NCBI GenBank assembly: GCA_020697715.1
Contig: JAEHCO010000001.1
Coordinates: 448,001 to 512,000, forward strand
Direction of reading: 5' to 3'
Length of the DNA stretch: 64,000 bases
Origin: Methanobacteriota archaeon
GTDB taxonomy: Archaea; Thermoplasmatota; Thermoplasmata; SG8-5; JAGLSY01
How positions within the stretch are numbered: the stretch's first letter is position 1; each line of letters starts with the position of its first letter. This document shows positions 1 through 10,584 of the stretch, one piece after another. The notes beneath the pieces are model-generated. The model was not told the DNA's origin. It saw nothing but the letters and a program-made list of their open reading frames with translations, and did no database searches. Position numbers and translations under genes: made by a program.

Positions 1-3000
1 TTGGGAAGGGAACAAGATGCCATCGAGGCTTACAATAAGGTATTGGAATTAGATCCAAATGACCTCACTCATTATGATAAATTATTGGGCATCATGCCGC
101 GGGATCTGGACCTGATGAGCAGGAAGGGCATAGCCCTCAATGATCTAAGAAGGTTCGATGAAGCTATCGGCGTATTTGACCAAGCCCTTGAGATCGATCC
201 TAAGCAAGGACTGATTTGGGTGAATCGTGGACTGGCGATGTCCAGTATGGAGAAACACGAAGAGGCTATAAGCTCGTATCAGAGAGCATTGGACATCAAT
301 GGTGGAGATGGTTTTGCCTGGGAGCAGAAGGGTCATTCTCTCTACAGACTGGAGCAGTTCAAAGAAGCAACAGATTCTTATTCTCAGGCTTTAAAGATAT
401 TTCCAGACAATGTCAAGGTATGGATATGGAAAGGTATGGCCCTACACAAGAACGATGAGGAAGATGCCGCGGCCGATGCCTATGACATGGCTCTGACACT
501 GGAGCCAGAGAACCTGGTCGCGCTCATCAATAAGAAACAGGCTCTGAAGGCCAAAGACAGACACGAGGATATCATAGAGACCGCTAATAGGATACTAGCC
601 CTGAGCCCCAAGGATCTGGACACGATCAAGGACAAGGCCAAGTCACAATTCTCTCTTGGTCATCATGATAAAGCTCTTATGTCTCTGGACCTGGCTCTTG
701 ACATAAGTCCAAAAGAGATCGGACTCCTTGAAGATAAGAAAGATATTCTAAAACATCTTGAAAAGCATGACATGGTCGTAACCACATGCGACCAGATATT
801 ACATTTGGATCACCGCAACACGGAGGCGATGTTCGACAAATCTTCAGCCTTGTACGCATTGGAGAACTATGAACTGGCACTAAGACCCATAAATTCATTA
901 TTGAGCAAGGTGCCAGATCATTTACCTGGATTGAAAAGAAAAAGGGAGATATTATCAAAGTTGTACAAACATAAAGATATCATAAAGGTCAGTGATGATA
1001 TATTGAAACTCGATCCTGATGAAGGGCCAACTTTGATGGCCAAGGCAATCGCTTTCTACAACCTGGAGAATTACGAGGATTCTATCAAGGCATTTGATGA
1101 ATATATCCAAAGGGATGATACAAGTGCAGATGCCTGGCTCTTGAAGGGCCGGTCTTATGCCTTCATCCACGATCACGCAAAGGCCGTCGAGTCTTTTGAC
1201 AAGGCATTGGAGATCACCGGCGGCCAAAAGAACATCCACGAAGCAAAAGGCCGTTCTTTGATACGATTGAAAAGAACGGAAGATGCTATTTCCGAATTCG
1301 ACAAAGGCCTGGCTCTCGATCCCGAAGATGCGGATCTATGGTACAGCAAAGGCCTGGCTCTCGAATCAAAGGAAGCTTATGAAGAGGCGGTCGGATGCTA
1401 TGACAAGGCCATCAGATCACGTCCCACGGATAAGAATATCTGGTACAGCAAAGGCCTGGCTCTCATGTGGCTTGGCCATTACCAGGATGCCATAGGCTCA
1501 TTGGACAAGGCCATTGAGATAAATCCTGTTGAAAGATTTCCATATATCAAGAAGGCCGAGGCCTTACTCAAATTGGACAATGTGGACGAAGCCATCAGAT
1601 CCCTTGACAAGGTGCTGGAAATGAACCACATGGATCTGGATACCCACATAAGGAAGAAAGAGGCCTTGAAGATACTGGGCGATGATGAGAACATTATCGA
1701 TTCATGTAGCAGGATAATCAAATTAGATTCCAAAAACATACTGGCAATGCTGGATAAAGCCCTTGCCGAGTACAGGTTGGGTAAATATGAGCAATCTCTG
1801 AGAAGTTTGGATCGGGCACAAGGCCTGGAACCAGATAATATTGAAATTCTCATAGCGAGAAAGGACACCCTTCTGAAAATGGAGGACTTTGCCACAGTTG
1901 TTTCAGTATCTGAGCATATATTGCAATTAGACCCAACATTGAATGAGATATGGCACGAACTGGGCAATTCCCTCCTCAAAATGGGTCGAGCGATAGACGC
2001 TCTGGAAAAATATGACAGGGCGATAAAGATCGATCCCAATATACCGGATATATGGTCCAGTAAAGGCGATGTGCTATACCATTTGAAGAAATTCCGAGAA
2101 TCATTGGAGGCCTATGACAAGGCATTGGAGATACAACCCTCCAATGGGTCCTTGCTTAATAAGAAAGGCAAAACACTTCTGAAAATGGAGAGATTTGATG
2201 ATTCCATAAGGGCCTTTGATGATGCTCTGATGGCTCAGCCAGGCAGTATCGAGTTCCTGAATAACAGGGCGAAGTCCCTGATCAAGGTGGAAAGGTTTGA
2301 CGAGGCATTGGAATCCCTAACCCATGCTCTTAACTCCGATCCTTCCAGTCAATTGACATTGAGAACAAGAGGCCTCACATATCTTGAAATGAAAAGATAT
2401 GACGATGCCCTTCGTGACATAAACAAGGCCATGGAGATCGGTGGAGAGGATATGCGCACGATAGCGGCGAAGGCCAGCATATACGAGATCATGGAGCAAT
2501 TGGAAGATGCCAAGTACTGGTATGAGAAGGCTTTGTCCATGGGGGATGATAAGAATGTACTTATCGATCTTGGCCAGTTGCTTACCAAAATGGGCGACCA
2601 TGAAAATGCTGCTCAACTTCTCGATCGAGCTACCAATATGGACCCTGAGGACAAAGAGGCGTGGAACAGTAGGGCATTGGCCTTCGAGAAACTGAAGAAA
2701 TATGATGAGGCTTTGAAATCATATGATAGGGCGATCGGCCTGGATGCGGATGACAAATTCTCATGGAACAGCAAAGGTCTTGTTCTTCTTGAAATGGCTC
2801 GCTTTCCAGAGGCTGTCAGATGCTTCCAGAGAGCGATAGAGATAGACAGGGAATTCGCACCCGCGCTGGATGGCCTGAGAATATCCGAAGAAAAGGCAGC
2901 GTCAATGGAAGTGGAAGGGCATGCGAGATCAGTTCTCAAACTGGAATATGATAGGAACAAAGCGGTATCCAGAGAGGATGCTTTCAAGGATGCCAATATC

Positions 3001-3882
3001 CCATACAATTTCATCGACGATGTATTCAAATTCCTATCAGATAGGGATGATATTCCATTATCCTCAATGTCTGAGAACGATAAGGAAGATATGGAAAGAT
3101 CTTCCTTCGACGTCCTAACAATGTGTCTTGGGGGCGATGCCTTCAATCTCAAGTCCAAACTGAGACTATGCGATATCTCGGTCAAGTTCCCACAATGGCC
3201 TCTTTGGAAAGCGAAGAAAGTGCTTTCCTACATAGACGCGGTCGATAGATTGACCTTCAGCCCCAAGACCACGGACCCGGAGATGGACAATCTGATGAGA
3301 CGGGCACTGGATCTTCCCGCAGAGCGACGCACGATCTTGGGTCTTGTCGAATCCCTTAGGATCGGAGTACACAAGGCCAAGGAGCTTCAAGCGGTTCTGG
3401 CCACCCTAAGAAGAGAAGGGTACACGGCGCCGACCATCGAGGTCGGTTCCCTTGTAAGCGACGATCACTTTGGAGGTGGAAAGCCAAAGACCGAGGTAAG
3501 GGAACCAAAATTACCTGTCCCCGCGCCAATATCACAACTCCAGGAAGCACCCGTGAATGTGGCGGATCAACCTACGCCACATGCGACTCCCGCCCAGCCA
3601 GCACAAGCACAGCAACCTGGCCAGGTGGTAAGTGGCATGGGTGGAAAGTTCTGCCAAACACATGGACATATGGCTGTCATGAAGCACGATTGCGGCGCTT
3701 ATCTTTGCCATAATTGTGTTAGTGGTGGATCAAAATGCCCGATATGTCATAGGCCACTTTACGGATCCAAGGAAGAGCCCCAGCAGGAAGCTCCCGCTCC
3801 AGCACCCGCACCTCTGCCAGAACCAACTCTCGAGCCTACGAGGACGGACGACGATGTGGCCAGGGATTTCGGACAGCTGTGA
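1..3882 (+). CDS. Large TPR-repeat protein (5' end outside window) with helical C-terminal region, Pro/Gln-rich linker and terminal Cys/His zinc finger
   Basis: Over 25 TPR-like units (e.g. WYSKGLAL...YEEAVGCYDKAI); C-terminal CQTH...HDC...CHNC...CPIC; ORF open at position 1. Confidence 0.9.
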   Translation: MGREQDAIEAYNKVLELDPNDLTHYDKLLGIMPRDLDLMSRKGIALNDLRRFDEAIGVFDQALEIDPKQGLIWVNRGLAMSSMEKHEEAISSYQRALDINGGDGFAWEQKGHSLYRLEQFKEATDSYSQALKIFPDNVKVWIWKGMALHKNDEEDAAADAYDMALTLEPENLVALINKKQALKAKDRHEDIIETANRILALSPKDLDTIKDKAKSQFSLGHHDKALMSLDLALDISPKEIGLLEDKKDILKHLEKHDMVVTTCDQILHLDHRNTEAMFDKSSALYALENYELALRPINSLLSKVPDHLPGLKRKREILSKLYKHKDIIKVSDDILKLDPDEGPTLMAKAIAFYNLENYEDSIKAFDEYIQRDDTSADAWLLKGRSYAFIHDHAKAVESFDKALEITGGQKNIHEAKGRSLIRLKRTEDAISEFDKGLALDPEDADLWYSKGLALESKEAYEEAVGCYDKAIRSRPTDKNIWYSKGLALMWLGHYQDAIGSLDKAIEINPVERFPYIKKAEALLKLDNVDEAIRSLDKVLEMNHMDLDTHIRKKEALKILGDDENIIDSCSRIIKLDSKNILAMLDKALAEYRLGKYEQSLRSLDRAQGLEPDNIEILIARKDTLLKMEDFATVVSVSEHILQLDPTLNEIWHELGNSLLKMGRAIDALEKYDRAIKIDPNIPDIWSSKGDVLYHLKKFRESLEAYDKALEIQPSNGSLLNKKGKTLLKMERFDDSIRAFDDALMAQPGSIEFLNNRAKSLIKVERFDEALESLTHALNSDPSSQLTLRTRGLTYLEMKRYDDALRDINKAMEIGGEDMRTIAAKASIYEIMEQLEDAKYWYEKALSMGDDKNVLIDLGQLLTKMGDHENAAQLLDRATNMDPEDKEAWNSRALAFEKLKKYDEALKSYDRAIGLDADDKFSWNSKGLVLLEMARFPEAVRCFQRAIEIDREFAPALDGLRISEEKAASMEVEGHARSVLKLEYDRNKAVSREDAFKDANIPYNFIDDVFKFLSDRDDIPLSSMSENDKEDMERSSFDVLTMCLGGDAFNLKSKLRLCDISVKFPQWPLWKAKKVLSYIDAVDRLTFSPKTTDPEMDNLMRRALDLPAERRTILGLVESLRIGVHKAKELQAVLATLRREGYTAPTIEVGSLVSDDHFGGGKPKTEVREPKLPVPAPISQLQEAPVNVADQPTPHATPAQPAQAQQPGQVVSGMGGKFCQTHGHMAVMKHDCGAYLCHNCVSGGSKCPICHRPLYGSKEEPQQEAPAPAPAPLPEPTLEPTRTDDDVARDFGQL

Positions 3883-3952
3883 TACGAGCATATGCGACAT
3901 GATGATCAAATCAGTAGAAACTTATTAAAACAAAAGACCTTATCAATGTCTG

Positions 3953-4867
3953 ATGACAGATCTAGCCAGTCATGTGCGTGAGCTGGTCGCGGAGAAGAAC
4001 GCGATCGTACTTGTCCATAACTACCAGTTACCGGAGGTTCAGGACATAGCTGATTATGTTGGTGATTCCTTCGGTCTGGCTGTTCAAGCCGCGAAGACAG
4101 ACGCGGACGCGATAATTTTTTGCGGTGTGAACTTCATGGCAGAGAGTGCTTTGATACTGAGCCCGGATAAGCTCGTCATTCACCCGGAGCCAGAGTCAAG
4201 ATGCCCGATGGCCGCGATGGCGACTGCCGAATCTCTGCAGTTGATGAAAGCCAAGCATCCCGACGCGGCTGTTGTTTCCTATGTGAACACCACCGCGGAA
4301 GTAAAAGCCGAATCCGACATCTGCTGCACATCTTCGAACGCGGCCAAGGTCGTCCGTTCCCTACCCAATGAGAAGATCATCTTCACCCCGGACATCAACC
4401 TGGGCAGTTATGTCGCCAAACTTGTCCCGGAGAAGGAGATAATTCTATGGCCAGGCTATTGCGACACCCACCAGAATAGGATAAGGGTCGAAGATCTCCA
4501 GGCATTGAAAGAACTGTACCCCGCTTCCGAGATCGTGGTACATCCAGAATGCACACCGGAAGTCATTGACTTCGCAGACCATGCCTTCTCAACATCCGGA
4601 ATGTTGAACTATGCCAGAGATTCAGACACCCAGGAGTTCATCATCGGTACAGAAAGAGAGATGGTGTACCGCCTCAGAAAGGATGTTCCAGATAAGATAT
4701 TCCATGCGATCGATAAAGCAGTCTGCCCCAATATGAAGAAGATCACACTTAAAAAAGTGGCAGCTAGCCTGGAGAATATGGGTCCGAGTGTGCATCTGTC
4801 TGATGAGATGATCCAGAAGGCCCGGATACCACTGGAGAAGATGGTGGCTGTTGGTAGAGGCGAGTGA
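3953..4867 (+). CDS. nadA: Quinolinate synthase A
   Basis: LVHNYQ, GDS, FCGVNFMAE, CPMA, YVNT, CTSSNA, HPEC, C-x-MK motifs. Confidence 0.97.
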   Translation: MTDLASHVRELVAEKNAIVLVHNYQLPEVQDIADYVGDSFGLAVQAAKTDADAIIFCGVNFMAESALILSPDKLVIHPEPESRCPMAAMATAESLQLMKAKHPDAAVVSYVNTTAEVKAESDICCTSSNAAKVVRSLPNEKIIFTPDINLGSYVAKLVPEKEIILWPGYCDTHQNRIRVEDLQALKELYPASEIVVHPECTPEVIDFADHAFSTSGMLNYARDSDTQEFIIGTEREMVYRLRKDVPDKIFHAIDKAVCPNMKKITLKKVAASLENMGPSVHLSDEMIQKARIPLEKMVAVGRGE

Positions 4868-4950
4868 TCATCTTAATGGGCTCTCCCAGGGCTGTCCCTG
4901 AAATTCTTTAAATATGTAATACAACATATTGATATATTGAGGAGATCGGA

Positions 4951-5313
4951 GTGGAAGAGATCAAGAAAGCAACTTGGATAGAGAGAGCGAAAGAGACGTG
5001 GCGTGCGACCTGGCCAGTGCAAATTTCCAGCATCATCATCATGATCGTGGCCATAGTGAACTTAGGTATCATGATCTCCAAAGGGAGGGGGTCGGATGAC
5101 GCCATGATCAATGGCCAGATAAACGGGCTCCTTGTCTCTTCAATTTTGATACTCAGTGGATTCAATTATCTCTATTACAAGGACCATTATATGAACATGG
5201 CAAAGAAGCACAAGATACCAGGGTATGAAAAGCCAATAAAATATGCCAAATGGCAGATGGCTGGCGGCACGATATTGTTTATATTATGGATCATCCTATT
5301 TGTGAGTATGTAG
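4951..5313 (+). CDS. Hypothetical membrane protein (about 3 TM helices)
   Basis: GTG start after GGAG; three hydrophobic stretches; fills the gap between nadA and wecB. Confidence 0.65.
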   Translation: MEEIKKATWIERAKETWRATWPVQISSIIIMIVAIVNLGIMISKGRGSDDAMINGQINGLLVSSILILSGFNYLYYKDHYMNMAKKHKIPGYEKPIKYAKWQMAGGTILFILWIILFVSM

Positions 5314-6376
5314 AAATCTTTTCCATGATCTCCACTATCTTCTCGCTCGCGTGCCCATCACCATAACTACTTCCTCTATCACCACTTGGCTCGAAGTTGA
5401 TCATCGCGTCCTTTATTTTGACAGGATCAGCCGCGACCAGGATGTTCCAACCATCCTGGACCGTCTCCACCCATTCCGTCCTTTCACGCAGGGTGATGCA
5501 CGGTGTTCCCATGAAATACGCCTCTTTCTGCATGCCGCCCGAGTCGGTCAAAACCTTCCTCGCATTCTTTATCAAGCACAGTGACTCGATATAATTCACA
5601 GGCTTTATCAATTTAACATTGGATGGCATTTCGATGCCGTATTGCTCGATGAAGGCAACTGTTCTGGGATGTGCGGGGAATATTATTTTCATATCTGGGT
5701 CGATGGAATTCACGCTTTCAGAGACCGAATTGAGAATATTCCTTAAATTATTCTCATTGTCTGTATTGGATGGTCTATGCACGGTCATGAAGTAGTAGTT
5801 CTTGGAACCAACACCCACGCGCTCCAGAATATCAGTGGGTAGGTCTCCGAACATCTTGGCCGAGTCCAACATCACGTCGCCCACAAGATGAACTCCTTCT
5901 GTTATTCCCTCTTTTTCAAGATTATCTATCGATGTCTGGGTGGGGCAAAATAGAAGTTTAGAAACATGATCCGTCATCCGGCGGTTCACTTCCTCCGGCA
6001 TTTTCATATCATAGGATCGTAGGCCCGCTTCCACATGCGCAATTGGTAAATGGATTTTGGCAGCTGCCAGTGCTCCGGCGACCGTGGAATTAGTGTCGCC
6101 GTAAACCAGCAACCAATCCGGCCTTTCCTGGATTATAAGATCTTCAATTCTCTCCAACATCTGGGCAGTTTGCCAGCCATGACTTCCAGATCCCACGCCC
6201 AGATTGTAATCCGCTTCCGGGATGCCCATTGTTCTGAAGAACACATCGGACATCTCATCATCATAATGCTGGCCTGTGTGGATGAGGATCTCCTCATGCT
6301 TCTGGCGAATGGCTTTAGATACGGGCGCGGCCTTGACGAATTGAGGTCTAGCTCCGACTATCGTCATTATTTTCAT
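5291..6376 (-). CDS. wecB: UDP-N-acetylglucosamine 2-epimerase (non-hydrolysing)
   Basis: MKIMTIVGARPQFVK, HTGQHYD, GDTNS, HVEAGLRS, PEEVNR, TDSGGMQKEA; start reset to ATG 6376, adjacent to the trpS stop. Confidence 0.95.
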   Translation of the reverse strand: MKIMTIVGARPQFVKAAPVSKAIRQKHEEILIHTGQHYDDEMSDVFFRTMGIPEADYNLGVGSGSHGWQTAQMLERIEDLIIQERPDWLLVYGDTNSTVAGALAAAKIHLPIAHVEAGLRSYDMKMPEEVNRRMTDHVSKLLFCPTQTSIDNLEKEGITEGVHLVGDVMLDSAKMFGDLPTDILERVGVGSKNYYFMTVHRPSNTDNENNLRNILNSVSESVNSIDPDMKIIFPAHPRTVAFIEQYGIEMPSNVKLIKPVNYIESLCLIKNARKVLTDSGGMQKEAYFMGTPCITLRERTEWVETVQDGWNILVAADPVKIKDAMINFEPSGDRGSSYGDGHASEKIVEIMEKISTYSQIG

Positions 6377-6378
6377 TC

Positions 6379-7500
6379 TCAGTCCCTCAGCATGTACTCT
6401 TCGACCAGTTCCTTGGCCTTCTCTCTTTTTTCCTGATGGTCCACGATGAAATCCGTGACCTTCTGGGTGAGGTATTGCTTGCAATGACCGCATAGCAATT
6501 CTCCTGATCGGCACTTGGCCTTTCGATCATTCAATGACCCATCATCCCAGTCGAAGAAATAATAAAGATATTGATACACGGCGCAGACATCGGGATCCCC
6601 GCCCTTCTCCCTCTGCTCCTCCACGCTGACACAACCACCAGTGAAGGCACTGCCGATCTTCTTCTTGATCTGCTTCGGAGTGTCTGTGGTGTAGATCGCG
6701 CTGGAAGACACGGAGGCGGACATTTTATCAGAGCCTGCAAGGCTGGGCAGCATCTTACAGTGAATGAGCGCGGGCTTGAAGTACCCGATCTTGTCCGCGA
6801 TATCCCTGGTCACCCGGAAATGCGGGTCCTGGTCTATGGCGCATGGGATCAGACATGGAATGTTCTTCCCCTTCAATTCCGATGGTAGAAAAGCTGTAGC
6901 GGCCTGCATGCTGGTGAACCAGATACTTCCGATATTCGTGCTGTTCTCGAATCCAAAAACTGCTTTCGTGGTGCTGAAATTAACTCGCTTGGCGACCTTG
7001 ATCGCGATATTGTACATGGTCTTCGCATATTCCGTATCCAGGAATATGTGAGTTTTATCCTTGTCAAAACCAAGAGCGATTATGTCCAGTATGTTCTCGT
7101 ATGCGAATCTCTTTGTATCTTCAAGCTCCAGATCCTGGCCGAACATGTATTTCTCATCGTCCGTGAGCTGGAAATACAACTCCACTCCGAATTTATCCTG
7201 AAGCCATTTGGTGAAGACCCAGGGCATCAGATGTCCAAGGTGCGTGTGTCCGGATGGTCCGCGCCCGGTGTACAGCACGAATCCGGGCCCTTTTTCATGT
7301 GCATCCAGTATCCATTTCATGTCCCTGTGGGAATAGAATATCCCTCTTTTCAGCATTGGGTGAAGCTCACCAGTATGTTGAACCATTCGCTCGATAAGCT
7401 CCGCATCTATCTTGCTTGTTCCGAAACGTTCGGTGAGCTTGTCATAGTCAACATCTCCCTTCACTTCCCAGGGGGTTACGATGAATTTATCTTCAGCCAT
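6379..7500 (-). CDS. trpS: Tryptophanyl-tRNA synthetase (archaeal/eukaryal type)
   Basis: VTPWEV, YTGRGPS, HLGH, AIDQDPHFR, KMSAS motifs. Confidence 0.97.
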   Translation of the reverse strand: MAEDKFIVTPWEVKGDVDYDKLTERFGTSKIDAELIERMVQHTGELHPMLKRGIFYSHRDMKWILDAHEKGPGFVLYTGRGPSGHTHLGHLMPWVFTKWLQDKFGVELYFQLTDDEKYMFGQDLELEDTKRFAYENILDIIALGFDKDKTHIFLDTEYAKTMYNIAIKVAKRVNFSTTKAVFGFENSTNIGSIWFTSMQAATAFLPSELKGKNIPCLIPCAIDQDPHFRVTRDIADKIGYFKPALIHCKMLPSLAGSDKMSASVSSSAIYTTDTPKQIKKKIGSAFTGGCVSVEEQREKGGDPDVCAVYQYLYYFFDWDDGSLNDRKAKCRSGELLCGHCKQYLTQKVTDFIVDHQEKREKAKELVEEYMLRD

Positions 7501-7634
7501 ATTATCACCAATTGATATTTGCCTAATAAAGGTAATCTAATTAAAGTTTATTCCAATCGCCTACTTTCTAATCGCCTATTTTCTATATATTACTAGCGAT
7601 TAGAAAAACTAATACGATTCCCATTATTTTATCT

Positions 7635-8120
7635 TCAGAGTATTTGTTTCGATCTTTTCCTGACACTTCTCAATTCAGACCCACATATTGGACAATCGGG
7701 CATCTCCTCATCATAGAACTTGCCACAGCCACGGCAACGCCATCGCCATGTGAAGACCTCTTTGATGCCCTTCTCCACGCCGGCATTGAATTTTATGCCC
7801 AATGCCGTCGCGACATTCTGTACAGAATAATCATCGCTCAGAACTGTACCATCCATCTCAAGGGCCAGTGCCAGGATATCGATATCTGTTTTGGATAATC
7901 TTCCAATGTCTCCAGTCTCTCTGGCCTTCGCCTCGATCTGCTCCACATTTCCGGGTGCGGGATCCATGACCTTGATAGAAATATCCACTAAAAGGTCGAG
8001 ATCCTTGGCCTGTTTCCCCCTGGATATTTCATCCTTCACCGATGAGGTCATGTACCATTCATATTCCCCAGATAATGTCATTCCACTTCTGATGGCCGTC
8101 GCGTCAAGTATGTATCTCAC
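7635..8120 (-). CDS. nob1: NOB1-family endonuclease (PIN domain + Zn ribbon)
   Basis: ILDATA, LSKTDIDILALA, SDDYSVQNVA, CRGC...CPICG. Confidence 0.92.
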   Translation of the reverse strand: MRYILDATAIRSGMTLSGEYEWYMTSSVKDEISRGKQAKDLDLLVDISIKVMDPAPGNVEQIEAKARETGDIGRLSKTDIDILALALEMDGTVLSDDYSVQNVATALGIKFNAGVEKGIKEVFTWRWRCRGCGKFYDEEMPDCPICGSELRSVRKRSKQIL

Positions 8121-8176
8121 GCTTCAACATGGTGATTCAGGCCTTAAGATTTTTCCACGGAAGAAATGAGCGATGA

Positions 8177-8767
8177 TCAAGGTAGAAGTTTATCAATTTC
8201 TTCCATCAGTACGGTGTCCTGTGTCACTCCAACATTCCTGTATGTTATGTGCCCGGTCTGATCGACGATCACGATAGTCGGAATGGTCTTCGCATTATAA
8301 ACTGGCAGGGAGCCGACACTTCCGCCATCTCTGAGAACGTCCCAGGTGATATCCTTCTGAATTTTATAGTTGGAGATCAAGCTTTCGCTTTCTCTATCAT
8401 CCACATCGATAGACAAGATGACCACTTGGGATGGAGAATACGCATCCTGGACATTCTCCAATTCTATCATCTGGGTCGCACAAGGCGCACACCAAGTTGC
8501 CATGAAGTCCAGAACCACCACTCTTCCTCTGAGGCTGGATAATTGTAATATTCCTCCATCATCCACCACGGGCAGGCTGAAATCCGGAGCCAGGGTCATG
8601 TCCGTTCCACCATCGACAGGGACTTGGTAATCATTCCCATCATAGGGCTGTTGCTCATCCGAATCCAAATATACGAAGGTCGCCATCAAAACGAGGGCGG
8701 CCACAGCAACTGCCATAAACATCAATTCCGTCTGTTTCATTTTATCATATGATAATAATTCGCTCAT
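8177..8767 (-). CDS. Membrane-anchored TlpA/ResA-like thiol-disulfide oxidoreductase
   Basis: N-terminal TM, APDFSL, VVVLDFMATWCAPC, TIPTIVIVD; true start may be ATG 8740. Confidence 0.88.
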   Translation of the reverse strand: MSELLSYDKMKQTELMFMAVAVAALVLMATFVYLDSDEQQPYDGNDYQVPVDGGTDMTLAPDFSLPVVDDGGILQLSSLRGRVVVLDFMATWCAPCATQMIELENVQDAYSPSQVVILSIDVDDRESESLISNYKIQKDITWDVLRDGGSVGSLPVYNAKTIPTIVIVDQTGHITYRNVGVTQDTVLMEEIDKLLP

Positions 8768-8882
8768 TGATATAATGCTTATCCCTTCTTAATGAAGATA
8801 AAATGGGGCCAGACCTTGATGCCTCTACCTCTTTTGATATGAAAAATGAATAGAAACATTCATTACTGCCGGTAACCATCCA

Positions 8883-9500
8883 GTGCCAATGAAGAACCTC
8901 GACGAGATAGCCGAGAAAATAGAAGCCGATATGGATGAGAAGGACGAGGTAAGAGAAGTAGCTCTTAAATCATCCAGAAGTGTTATCAGATTATGTAGTT
9001 CCGCTATAAGGATGATCCATAAAGATGCGGATAAGGCAACGGAATACATCGATGAGGCCAAGGAAGAGCTTCACAGATTGAGAGGGATAACCAATGATTT
9101 TCCAGCTCTTTTCCACTCTGGCTTTGTCGAGACCGCGATGCAGGAATTCGTCGAGGCCAAGGTCCTAAACGCCATAATCCATAATGAAGACATCCCGGAT
9201 CCAGATAGTCTGGGAGTGACCAGTGAAGGATATCTTCTTGGTATGGGGGATGTCATCGGAGAGCTAAGGCGCAGAGCTGTGGATAATTTACGACATGGCA
9301 ATATGGAAATATCCTCCGATTGCCTGGATATGATGGAAGAGCTATACGAGTTCTTGATGAGATTCCATTATCCTAGTAGCATGGTGGCCATAAAAAGGAA
9401 ACAGGATATAGCCCGTGGTGTGATCGAAAAGACCCGCGGGGAAGTGGCTGTTTCCATGAGAGCTCATTCACTGGAGAGGAAGATATCGGAATCCAAATAG
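8883..9500 (+). CDS. Translin-family RNA-binding protein/nuclease
   Basis: DEVREVALKSSR, AMQEFVEA, YLLGMGDVIGELRR, KRKQDIAR translin motifs. Confidence 0.9.
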   Translation: MPMKNLDEIAEKIEADMDEKDEVREVALKSSRSVIRLCSSAIRMIHKDADKATEYIDEAKEELHRLRGITNDFPALFHSGFVETAMQEFVEAKVLNAIIHNEDIPDPDSLGVTSEGYLLGMGDVIGELRRRAVDNLRHGNMEISSDCLDMMEELYEFLMRFHYPSSMVAIKRKQDIARGVIEKTRGEVAVSMRAHSLERKISESK

Positions 9501-9507
9501 GTGTAGC

Positions 9508-10584
9508 ATGGTAGAACAAAAATGCATGATAGTTCATAATCAGAATCACATAGTGCATAGATCGGAGACAACAAGTCCCGAGAACCCGGCCAGAGTATTG
9601 AGGATATTGAGCTTCCTCGATGGTAGATTGAAACTCTTCAAGTCCGGTGAGTTTCAATTGCGAACTGATTTTCCAGATGCGACGGATGAGCAGATACTCA
9701 GGGTCCATGATGAAGAATATTTCAATTTCATAAAGAGATATTGCGAGAATGGAGGGGGCTTTCTCGGAGATAGCACATATTTCGCTCCGTATAGTTTCAA
9801 AGCCGCTAAGAGCGCGGCAGGCGGGGCTATCAAAGCTTCCGATGTCGTGATAGACGGCGAAGTGGATACATCCTTGGCCTTGATCCGGCCACCTGGCCAT
9901 CATGCAAGCAGTGATAAATTCGGTGGCTACTGCATATTCAACAATGCGGCTATCGCAGTACGGAATCTACAGAGTGCGGGCAAGGCGAAGAAGATAATGA
10001 TCCTGGATTTCGACGCCCATGCCGGTAATGGCACAATGCGAGTGTTCTATGACGACCCCAATGTGCTGACCCTTTCCGTACACAGGGATCCTCAGGATTT
10101 CTATCCTCATGATGGCTTCCTTCATCAGATAGGCCGTGGGGATGGTAGAGGATACAATGTGAACATGGAGATGCCTGAAGGAAGTGGCGATGATGATTAT
10201 CTTATGGTTTTCAATCAAATAATCAAACCCATTCACGACTCCTTCTCACCCGATTTCCTGATAACGTCAGTTGGCTTTGACGCCCATTACAGTGATCTAC
10301 AATCCAATATGCAACTCACATCTCATGGCTATTTCGATCTGATAAGAATGACCAAAAAATTACGAAAGGGAAAGCTCCCAGTCATTTTAGAGGGTGGCTA
10401 TACCTCGGAGAATGCTTCTCTCGCGCATACCATTCTTTGCGCTCTTTCAGATAAAACTCCACCTTATGAGGATGATGTCGACAGTCTTAGCAGCTCTATC
10501 ACCAGGACGAGAAAGTCCAGAAGCATACTGGAAGATAATATAAAAGAGCTCAAGATCCTTTTACATGATTATCACACCATCTGA
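9508..10584 (+). CDS. Zn-dependent histone deacetylase-family amidohydrolase
   Basis: PENPARV, RPPGHHA, GGYCIFNN, DFDAHAGNGT, GFDAH, LEGGY; catalytic residues present. Confidence 0.95.
   Translation: MVEQKCMIVHNQNHIVHRSETTSPENPARVLRILSFLDGRLKLFKSGEFQLRTDFPDATDEQILRVHDEEYFNFIKRYCENGGGFLGDSTYFAPYSFKAAKSAAGGAIKASDVVIDGEVDTSLALIRPPGHHASSDKFGGYCIFNNAAIAVRNLQSAGKAKKIMILDFDAHAGNGTMRVFYDDPNVLTLSVHRDPQDFYPHDGFLHQIGRGDGRGYNVNMEMPEGSGDDDYLMVFNQIIKPIHDSFSPDFLITSVGFDAHYSDLQSNMQLTSHGYFDLIRMTKKLRKGKLPVILEGGYTSENASLAHTILCALSDKTPPYEDDVDSLSSSITRTRKSRSILEDNIKELKILLHDYHTI

Noticed and set aside
1303-1464. Nucleotide repeats TGGTACAGCAAAGGCCTGGCTCTC
   Set aside because: Explained by adjacent TPR units (102-bp period) in coding sequence
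5291-6514. Long N-terminal extensions of wecB, cobO (to 33606) and tldD (to 29461) in the ORF track
   Set aside because: The wecB and cobO extensions overlap neighbouring genes and the tldD one lies upstream of a good SD; downstream ATGs match family N-termini
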